From: Macrostomum lignano
Lineage: Eukaryota
Assembly (NCBI GenBank): GCA_002269645.1
Contig: NIVC01002637.1
Location: forward strand, 13,804 to 77,803
Direction of reading: 5' to 3'
DNA length: 64,000 nt
The position numbers and the translations under genes are program-made. The notes under the pieces were generated by a model, which saw only the letters and a program-made list of their open reading frames with translations, was not told the origin of the DNA and made no database searches. This document shows positions 50,918 through 61,300 of this stretch, piece by piece. Position 1 is the stretch's first letter; each line of letters opens with the position of its first letter.

Positions 50918-53900
50918 CTACTGGTCGGAGAACAGCGGACTGTTGGCATCGGAGAAGCCGAGCATCGGGTCAGAGTCGACAAGCGCCAAACTAGAAGCAA
51001 GTTCTGCAGACACTGGCTGTTGCTGCTGCTGCTGCAGGCCAGTTGTGGGCTCGGCTTTCACGCGAGTCGACGAGGACGGTGACGAGCTCACTAGGAAGTT
51101 GAGGAGGCCGTGTACAACGCCTTCGTCTAGACTGTTGGCTTGTTGGTACTGAACTCCGTGGGTTGATAGGGTCTGCTGCATGTTCTGCACATGGGGTGGG
51201 GGAAGGGCGGCAAGATTAGCTTAGCCAGTTAGCTTGCTGGAGCACTGAATGCTGCATGTGTCACTGACAATATGGCTGCATGCTGCATGTGTCACTGACA
51301 ATATGGCTGTATGCTGCATGTGTCACTGACAATATGGCTGTATGCTGCATGTGTCACTGACAATAATGGCTGTATGCTGCATGTGTCACTGACAATATGG
51401 CTGTATGCTGCATGTGTCACTGACAATATGGCTGTATGCTGCATGTGTCACTGACAATATGGCTGCATGTGTCACTGACAATATGGCTGTATGCTGCATG
51501 TGTCACTGACAATATGGCTGTATGCTGCATGTGTCACTGATAATATGGCTGTATGCTGCATGTGTCACTGACAATATGGCTGTATGCTGCATGTGTCACT
51601 GACAATAATGGCTGTATGCTGCATGTGTCACTGACAATATGGCTGTATGCTGCATGTGTCACTGACAATATGGCTGTATGCTGCATGTGTCACTGACAAT
51701 ATGGCTGTATGCTGCATGTGTCACTGACAATATAGCTGTATGCTGCATGTGTCACTGACAATATGGCTGCATGTGTCACTGACAATATGGCTGTATGCTG
51801 CATGTGTCACTGATAATATGACTGTATGCTGCATGTGTCACTGACAATATGGCTGCATGTGTCACTGACAATATGGCTGTATGCTGCATGTGTCACTGAC
51901 AATATGGCTGTATGCTGCATGTGTCACTGACAATATAGCTGTATGCTGCATGTGTCACTGACAATATGGCTGCATGTGTCACTGACAATATGGCTGTATG
52001 CTGCAGGTGTCACTGATAATATGACTGTATGCTGCATGTGTCACTGATAATATGACTGTATGCTGCATGTGTCACTGATAATATGACTGTATGCTGCATG
52101 TGTCACTGACAATATGGCTGCATGTGTCACTGACAATATGGCTGTATGCTGCATGTGTCACTGACAATATGGCTGTATGCTGCATGTGGCACTGTGTTGT
52201 ATGCTGCATGTGTCACTGATAATATGGATACATCAGTGAGGTGTCACGTTAAAACAAATATATCTTAAGAATAGATAACAAATATAATATATATTTAAAC
52301 AATCGCGGTCAAAGACAAATGTAAAAGTACACGCCTGACTTTCACAATAAGTGTGAGCTGACCTGAATCTGCATGGCCAGAGCCCGAGACAGCTGGTCCA
52401 GTTTCTCCGCCCGCGTCTCCGACTGGGCCACCCGATCCGACAGTTTCATCTGGTCAGCCTGTAGTTCCCGGATATAGTCAACCGAAGCCTTCAGGATGTT
52501 TCCTTTGTTCTTCTTCAAGTCGCTGGAGGGTTCAAGGGTCGGTTGGTGTTGGAGGTGGACTGTTTGATGGCAAATTATTATTAGTTCGGGTCATAGACAC
52601 TTGGCCATAGAAAGTTGAGGCCATAGACACTACTTTAACTCATAGACAGTCTGGGTCATTTGATAGATCGGGTCATAGACAGCCTGGGTCATTTGACAGA
52701 TCAGGTCATAGACAGTCTGGGTCATTTGACAGATCGGGTCATAGACAGTCTGGGTCATTTGACAAATCGGGTCATAGACAGCCTTGGTCATTTGACAGAT
52801 CGGGTCATAGACAGCCTTGGTCATTTGACAGATCGGCTCATAGACAGCCTGAATCATTGACAGATCCGCTTCATAGACAGCCTGAATCATAGACAGATCG
52901 AGTCATAGACAGCCTGAATCATAGACAGATCGGGTCATAGACAGCCTGGATCATAGACAGATCGGGTCATAGACAGCCTGGATCATAGACAGATCGGGTC
53001 ATAGACAGCCTGAATCATAGACAGATCGGGTCATAGACAGTCTGGATCATAGACAGATCGGGTCATAGACAGTCTGGATCATAGACAGATCGGGTCATAG
53101 ACAGCCTGGATCATAGACAGATCGGGTCATAGACAGCCTGAATCATAGACAGCAAGCTTGGATCATAGACAGCCTGGGTCATTGACAGATCGGGTTAAGG
53201 ACAGCCTAGGTCATAAACGGATCAGGCCATAGATAATTTGGCTCATAGAACCTTGAACTTGACTAGAAAATAGTATTTGTACATGACTGTTGTTGATTAT
53301 ATACATGTAAATTAGCTAATCGCAGTGAACAGAATCAAAGTAGCAACTTTTGTCAAGTTGTGTCAACAAGCCGACAGCTTACTCATTAGACAAAAAAACT
53401 GAATGCAATCAAATGAACTCACCTATCCTGAAAGTAGCCCCTCGGCAGAATTTCGCCGAGCTCGGCAATCTGATGATTAATATTCTCTCGACGCTTCCGC
53501 TCGATCCGGTTGTGCGAGTCCTTCTTAGACCGGTCGCGTGGCGGCCCGCCGGCGGTGGCCAGCGAGGAGGCAACCGAAGCGGCACGGGAATCGGACGAGC
53601 CCAGGGAGGCCGGCGCCAACGAAGATTGTTGTTGTTGCTGCTGCTGCTGCTGGAGCTGGTGAGCGGAGAGCCGGGACCCGCCGGTCAGAAACAGATGCGT
53701 GCTCGCTGGCGCGGATGTCGACGGCTTTGCTTCCATGACCGATGGAGGGTCGCTGCCGTCGCCGTCGCCGTCGCGGAGGCCGGTAAAACCGCTGAATGTC
53801 TGGCCGGAGCTGATCGGGAAGTGAGCCGGATTCTGGGGGGGGGAGATGAAGCAGCTTGATTCAATTGTTCACTTCCGTATTCGCGATTCCAAAAAACTCT

Positions 53901-54901
53901 CTGAGTCCGAGACTCTGGGTTCATGATCTCAAATGACACTAACTTCGCTTCCCGAACCCCCCACAGATATTAAATTCCCTGGCCACCATCAACCTCGGGT
54001 ATTCACTTCCCGTGATCCCAATCTATCCCAGGTATTCACTTCCCGTGATCCCAATCTATCCCAGGTATTCACTTCCCGTGATGCCAATCTAAATCAGGTA
54101 TTCACTTTCCGTGATCCCAATCAATATACACTTCCAGTGATCCCAATCAATATACACTTCCCGTGATCCCAATCAATATACACTTCCCGTGATCCCAATC
54201 AATATACACTTCCAGTGATCCTAATCAATATACACTTCCAGTGATCCCAATCAATATACACTTCCCGTGATCCCAATCAATATACACTTCCCGTGATCCC
54301 AATATTTCCCAGACATCACAAAGATTCACTCCAGCGATCCCAATAACCGCTGACGTTAATTTCCGTGATACTAAATCATCCTTGAGCTTTACTGCCGCGA
54401 CACATGAACCACCCCCCTACCACACTAGTGCAGACAACAGAATGAAATCAATGAAGCGATGCAAAGGTGAACAAACAGCAAGCGAGGAGTACATACGGGT
54501 GCAGTAGAAGACAGATGAGCAAAGTCGCTATCATCGCCCAACAGTTCGCTAATATCCAAGTCCATGTCCATGTCGTTGGGCAATTGTAAATCGGCTGAGT
54601 CGGCCGAGTTTTCAGGCGACTCGACCGGACTGGAGGCGGCGGCGGCACTGCTAGGTGTGCTCTGATTGAGCTGCTGCTGCTGCTGCTGCTGCTGGGCCAG
54701 GTGATAGGGCGTTGGGTTTTCCAAACGGCTGAAAGATGCGCCGCCAGCCAGACTGACAGGAGCTGCCGATTGCGCAGTGACTGGCCATGCCGGTCGGCCA
54801 AACTGCGGTTGCTGCTGCTGCTGCTGCGGCTGCTGTTGTTGAGGCTGCTGCTGAGCCTGTTCTTTAAGCAACTGCTGTCGCAGGTTGGTGCGCATAGCCA
54901 T
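50918..54901 (-). CDS. MITF: MiT/TFE family bHLH-ZIP transcription factor (MITF/TFEB-like), 4 exons, ~413 aa
   Basis: Exons 54901-54497, 53832-53423, 52522-52363 and 51184-50918 join in frame (1242 nt). RTNLRQQLLKEQ, LENPTPYHL, KKDSHNRIERKRRENIN and NKGNILKASVDYIRELQ. Confidence 0.92.
51250..52225. repeat. 31-bp minisatellite (with shorter variants) in MITF intron 3
   Basis: TGCTGCATGTGTCACTGACAATATGGCTGTA, about 32 copies. Confidence 0.96.
52640..53200. repeat. 32-36-bp minisatellite in MITF intron 2
   Basis: GGGTCATAGACAGCCTGGATCATAGACAGATC-type units. Confidence 0.93.
53995..54305. repeat. 26/33-bp minisatellite in MITF intron 1
   Basis: CACTTCCCGTGATCCCAATC core, about 11 copies. Confidence 0.93.
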
Positions 54902-56033
54902 ACTGACTGGTTACAGAGTGAAAGCAAGGGTGCAGGCTGTGTACTTTATTAAAGCTGCTCTAGCCTGCACTGCGGCCGGCTGGAACAGGATTATGTAAGA
55001 ATAGAATTCCCTCTAGGTGTCTTTGTCATAGCACATCAACATGATATATAAGTGCCATATATTCTGGTAATTCATATTTAATTTCAATCAGTATTTCAAT
55101 AGTATCGATGAATAACTATTGGGATTTCAAGAGTGGGATTAGGATCTCTATCTAACTTATAAGCATAAATGTTGGCTTGATGAAATCAGCATTCTTGGGA
55201 TCAGATAGGATCTGGATCCCATCCTACCTGTACTATAAGCATGGAGTCAGAGGCTTAGCAAAATAAAGGGTAGATTGTGACTTTTTTCACTGATGCCAGC
55301 TGATTTAAAAACCAAGATGTAAAATGTTATTGCAATTTGAACACTTTCTGTCCAGGTCACTTTGTCTACTTGAGACATTTCATTTCAGAGTACTTTATGT
55401 TTTATAATTAGTCTAGTGTTTTTGCTACTTGCTACTTACAATAATATGATGACAACCGATTTGGGAAATTTGAGATAAAAGGTAGCATTTTGGTTTTTTA
55501 ATATGTTTCTATTCAGTGCCTTTTTCTAAGAACTAAAACCAACTATTTCTAATATATCTTTCTAGGGAAAAAACTGCATTCTTGACTTTAGAATTCTTAT
55601 CCATAAAGTGCACTTTAATGCAAATTTGTATCAACTTTTTGGTAAAAACACTGCCTAGCTAAACAAAAGATCTAAACAAAAAGTCAATAGTCAGAAAATT
55701 TGAAGTCATTTAAAAAAAACTTATTATAAGTCTATAAAATATGATAGTCAACTATAGTAGCCAAAAACAATAATTAGCAAATTGATTCTTAATGAAGCAC
55801 TAGATATCAAACCAATGACATCTATTTATTAGAATTGTTTTTATTCTATTGTAATATCCTAGCCATACTGAAGAAGACAATAGATATGCTAGAATATTTA
55901 TGCCAGATTTTTACCTTTGAGCAAAGCAAAGGTAAAAACTATGACATGATTGATTTACTTTTATAAAAGTTATTAGAAGTGATATATAGAAGAAAATAGT
56001 TGACAATAACAATTAAATAACTACCTATTCATA

Positions 56034-56313
56034 CATGTGCAACCTCCAAAATTTGGTCAGCCGTGCAACTTAGTTTTAACAAAAAGCGACGTAGTTTTTG
56101 GCCAAAAAATGCAACTTACATGTAAAAGAAACACTAAAGCAAAATTAACTCAACTTTGGGTAAACGGCAGGAGTAACTATGATTGTCTTATTAAGGCAAA
56201 ATGTCTCGTTATCTACTTAGTACTACTTAGGAATTTATTCAGGTGGGCATTTTTGCGACTTACATTGGTTGGCTGCCAAATTGGTCAGCCGACTCGGCCG
56301 ACTGTTGTGCATG
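56034..56313. mobile_element. MITE, TA target site, copy 2
   Basis: TA-CATGTGCAAC...GTTGTGCATG-TA; homologous to 8874-9159. Confidence 0.8.
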
Positions 56314-56866
56314 TATGTACCTATTGCTATAAACTATGAGAAAGTTATAGAGTTTTCAATAGCCTACCTGCCTAACTACTTACCTAACTACCAATGCCAA
56401 TAGTTGCAGACATGGTTTAGATAAATAAAATTGTTATTCAAAATTGACTTTTCCAATTATTTTTCTTAGTAAACAGTTTAAGAAAGTAATAAAGAGTAAT
56501 GTGGCCAAAGTGGCTTAATACTTTTATTTTAGGTTGAACAATATATTGCAAGTCAAAATGTTGCATATTAAGGCTCCATGCCTCTATATATTTTTTATGA
56601 AAATAATTCTATATTTTATTTATAGTTATAATCATCATTCTATCCTTAGTATATAATGAATATACTTTTTAAGGATTGTATAGCTAAAAAATAAGTATTA
56701 TTATCATTTAATTGCATTTCATATTTACTATTATATTTCTTGGTCTTCTAAAATTTAGTAGGCCATAATAATTCAGCTGCAACAGGTAAACTATATTGAT
56801 ATTTTATATCCACATTTTAGCACTTTGAAATTCTGGGTGTCAACTAATTGCTAAGCAAATTGTTTG

Positions 56867-57088
56867 ATGCCAACTAAATGCTGCATACTAGGTTGCAAAA
56901 GGAATTATACTAAGCATAAGAAGACAATAGACTTTGGATTTCCCAAGGATGAACATGAATGTTCCAATATGAGAATATACTTTCATTTCTTTATAACTAT
57001 TTCAGGCAATTTTAAAGTCATGGGTGTCTATAAATCACATTGGCCACATGACCTCAATGAAAGTGAAGCAGTTTCTATATCCCATTGA
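56867..57088 (+). pseudogene. Decayed THAP zinc-finger domain (probable DNA transposon relic)
   Basis: MPTKCCILGCKRNY...FGFPKDE...VYKSHWPHD matches THAP M..CC..GC..F.FP.D...VC..H. The third Cys appears as Tyr and the conserved Trp is absent. Confidence 0.55.
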
Positions 57089-58141
57089 TCCTCCTAATAT
57101 ATTTCCTAGCTTTTGACAAAGTACATAGCAACAAACTGCATCAAGTATGTTTTTTTCTAATTTACAGGGTTATTAATTGCATCTATGCTTATCCGACATA
57201 TTTATGTTAATGCTATACAACAACAACAACAAAATACGCTGTCAGGATGGCAAAAGCCAGCGCCACAGGGCGCGCTTCATGGCTTGGGCGCGAACAAAGG
57301 CCGCGCAACGGCAGTGTCCGGGGCGCCGGCGTCAGCCAGCAGACAGTCGACGTAACGCCGAGTAGGTAGGGTGCCTCGCCGGTAGGGTGCCTGCAGCGTG
57401 AGCAGCAGCACCTCCTGCACCGGCTGTGGGCAGTACGACTCGGCGCGGATGAGATGGCCTGCGAGCTGGAGTCGCCGACGGCGCAGTAGATCGCTTGGAC
57501 GTGGCAGGCCAGCGCGGCGATAGACTGCCGCGTTGTTGACTCGCTCGACACCGATGTTGAAGGCGACGCGCAGCAGGCCAGCGTGCGCCGCATCGACCTG
57601 CTGTTTGAGTGAGTCCGTCAGCGTCCAGGTCTCGGCGTTGTACAGCAGGACGGTCTCGATCACCGCCTGGAACAGCGCCGCCCTCTGGCGGTCCGGTAGG
57701 GCCTCGGACTGCAGGACTGCCCTCACAGAACGAAAGGCAGCCCAGGCAAGCCCGCGGTGGCGTCGCAGGTCCTCGCGAGCGTCTGGAACCAGACCGCCGA
57801 GGTAGACGAACTGCTGACATCGCGGCAGCTCGGTCGCCTGCCCGTCAGCGCCTCGGCAGAATATTGCAGCCTCGATGTCGTCCGGCACGCAGAGCACAAC
57901 GGTCTTCTGCGTGTTGACCACCAGGCCGACGCTCGCCGCAACGGCAACTAGCCTGTCCAGCTGCCGTTGGGCGCCCTCGACGGTCGAAGACAGCAGGGCG
58001 AGGTCGTCGGCGTAGCCAAGCACGCTGAGCCGCTTCTCCGGTTGACGTCGACCCACGCGTCGCCGCAGCAGAAAGCCGTCGTCGTCGGTAGGTAGAGCAG
58101 TCCGCAGCACCCAGTCGAGCACCAGGACGAACAGAAATGGC

Positions 58142-58241
58142 GGTCGGGAGGTTCCGCCTCCCGGAGCGCGCTCGCGCGCTTCCCATGGCTGCCGCCTTCA
58201 CGCGGCGGGACCGTCCGGGTTCGCCCGGCCAAGTGCAGCCA
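58142..58241 (+). ncRNA. HDV-like self-cleaving ribozyme candidate at the LINE 5' end
   Basis: P2 TGGCTGCC/G-T-GCAGCCA, P3 GCC/GGC, L3 TTCACGC with the conserved U..G positions, P4 CCGGG-TTCG-CCCGG, J4/2 GCCAA with catalytic C58229. P1 3' strand GGGACC pairs with GGT...CCC. Folded by eye. Confidence 0.75.
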
Positions 58242-58364
58242 CCACCCCGGACCCGTGCGAGGGTCTTCGAGCGCCCCGGGTTTTTCCACACTGAGCCAGG
58301 CCTCCCAGCTCACCTGGCTCAGCTGCTTCTCAGAGCTGGAGACGTCGAGTCCAACCCTGGGCCG
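58185..58364 (+). other. Leader peptide ending in a 2A/StopGo ribosomal-skipping motif (LLLRAGDVESNPG|P)
   Basis: ATG at 58185. DVESNPGP is encoded at 58341-58364 and matches the D(V/I)ExNPGP consensus. Confidence 0.9.
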
Positions 58365-61300
58365 GCCTTCCCGTGCTGAGGCTGTGCCGACGAGGTAGCA
58401 AGGGGCTACTCCACCTGCTGCTCCGACTGCGGCCTGTGGTGGCACCGCCGCTGTTCCCGCCTCACTATTGCGGCTATCAACCGGCTCCACCGGGACAAGG
58501 CACCGTGGCACTGTCCCACCTGCGCCCACCAGCCTGCCGCTTCTGCGCCGCAGCCCGCTGCGACTCCGGCCCCCTCCGCGGCTGCAGGCCCCACTGGCAC
58601 CCACCAGACGCCAACGGCTACGACTCCACCTCCCCCGAACCCCGCACCGGCACCCCCGCCCTCCCCTGATGGCGCAACCAGCGCGGGCGGGGGCGCCGAA
58701 CAACAGCGGGGCGGCTTTCCGCATCGTCCAGCTCAACGCGGCAGGGCTCCGCTCCCGCAAGCTGGAACTGCTCCACTTCCTGGAGAAGCAGGGCGCCAAC
58801 GTCGCCTGCATCCAGGAGACGAACCTGTCCGGCAACACAGCGGCCCCACGCCTCAAAGGGTGGCAGATCGCTGGCCGGAAGGACCGCAACATCGGCCGCG
58901 ACGGGGAGGCAGCCAGAACCCACCACGGGGGCGTCTGCTTCCTTGTCAAGGAGGGCATTCAATTCGCCGACCTTCCACTAGGCGAGCTCGTCACCCACGC
59001 CACGTCCGCCGAAGCCTCGGGCCTCCGTATCCACGACCCCCGGCTACCACGCCCCCTGGATGTGATCAACATCTACCTCCCGCCAGTCCGCGCCGCAGAC
59101 GGCCGCACGGACGCCTTCGAGCCCGACTGGATCCCCGTTTCACGGGACTCGTTGGTGCTGGGCGACTTCAACGCCCACCACGGGATGTGGGACGCCTCGG
59201 CGGACGACGACGAGCTGGGCAGGGCCCTCGAAGACTGGGCGACGACCTACGACCTGGTCGCTCTGAACGACGGCTCCCCAACTAGGATCAGCCCCCGCGG
59301 CCTGCCGAGCTCCCCTGACGTCTCCTTCGCCCACGCCTCCTGGCAAGACCGGATCGAGTGGCGAACCGAGGAGCACATCGGCTCAGACCACCTGCCGATC
59401 ATCATCGACATCGCAGCCTCCGGCCCGGCCCGCTCCAGCTCCAAGCGCCTGACGCGGTACGCCTACCACAAGGCGGACTGGGACCTGTTCCAGCGGACCC
59501 TCGACCAGGCCCTGGCCAGCTGGCCGGAGCGCCCCCCACGCACGGTGCCCGTCGCCGCCAACCGGTTCGCGTCCGCCGTCACCAGCGCCGCCAAGGCGGC
59601 CATCCCGAGAGGCTGCCGGCGCGCCCCGATCGCCTGGTGGTGCCCGGAAGCCGAGGCGGCCTGCACCGCTCGCCGCGCTGCGCTCGAAGCGCTTCGCGCG
59701 AGCCCGGACGACCCGGCGCTCTCGGCCGCGTACCAGGCTGCTGCCGCCGCGGCTGCTCACGCCATCTGCCGCGCCAAGGAGTCGCTGTGGCGTGATTTCA
59801 TCACTGACCCGGGTCACGACCTGTGTTCCGCCGACCTCTGGCGGATCATCCGGGCCCTCGACGGACGGTCCCAGGGCACCCCCTCGTCGGCTGCCATCCA
59901 GGGCTCCACGGGGGCATCGGCCGTCTCCGACAAACAGAAGGCCGCGCTTTTCTGCCGGGAGTACGCCGCCGTCAGCAGGCTCCCCAAGAACAAGGCGGAA
60001 GACCGGCCGGTCATCCAAGAAGCCCGTCACACGCTCCGCGCCCCCTGCAGCTGCCAAGGCCTCCGCAGCGGCCCCTGCTCCGACTTCCAGCCCGACGCCC
60101 TCCGCCGCGCCTTGGTGCGCCTGCCGGACCGCTCGGCCCCGGGACCGGACGGGGTCGCGAACATCATGCTGAAGCATCTGTCCGACCTGGGGCTCCGCTG
60201 CCTCCTGGACCTCCTGAACCTCTCGTGGAGGACGGGGGAGGTGCCCGCCCCGTGGCGCCTTGCGGAGATCCGCCCGATCCCCAAATCGGACAAGCCAGCC
60301 GGCCTGACATCCAGCTTCCACCCTATCAGCCTCCTCAGCTGCCTGGGCAAGCTCGCCGAGAAGATGGTGAACGAGCGGCTGTCCTACATCCTCGAGGCAA
60401 ATGACGCTCTCCACCCGTCGCAAGCCGGTTTCCGTCAGGGCCGCTCCACGGAGGAGCACATCGCCGCGGCGGCCCAGTACATTTTTGACGGTTTCCAGGC
60501 CAAGAAGCCGGCAGCCCGCACCGCTCTGCTCCTTGCAGACTTCTCCAGAGCCTACGACCGCGTCTGGAGAGCCGCCCTCATCGTCAAGCTCGGTCGGAAG
60601 GGGATCCCCACGTGCCTCATCCGCTGGCTCAAGGGATTTCTCTCCGACAGGAGGGCCTTCGTGCGGTGGGTTAGTGCGGCCTGCAAGCCAACCGTGTTCT
60701 CCGAGGGGCTGCCGCAGGGGTCGGTCCTCGCCCCGATCCTGTGGGTGATCTACATGGACGACCTCCTGGACGGCGCCCCACGAACTGCCTCACGCTGGCG
60801 TACGCCGACGACAGCACCTTCGGCGCGCAAGGGACCACCCCTCGGGAGTGTGAGCGGGCCCTGCAACCGGCGGCCGACTGGCTCGTGCGCTGGTCCCAAA
60901 CCTGGAAGGTGGACCTGAGCCGCACCAAGTCGGTCGTCGCTTTCTTCTCGCTCGACCCCCGGGAGGTCAACGGAAAGGTCCAGCCACGCATCCTCCTCGG
61001 CGACTCGCCAGCTCCGTTCGAGCTGCATCCGAGGCTCCTGGCAGTGCACCTCGACTCCCAGCTGACCTTCCGCCACCACGCCGAGCTCCGGCGCCGCGCC
61101 CTCCAGCAGCGCACCGGCGTCCTACGCTGCCTCGCGGGCCGCGACTGGGGCCAGGACGGCCAGCGCCTCGCCCAGCTCTACCGCACCTACGCGGAGGCGG
61201 CCGCGCTCCACGGTGCCTCCATGTGGCTCACCTTCGCGTCCGACTCCTGCCGGGACGAAGTCGAGATTGCGCATCGATCGGCCGCCCGCGTCATCACTGG

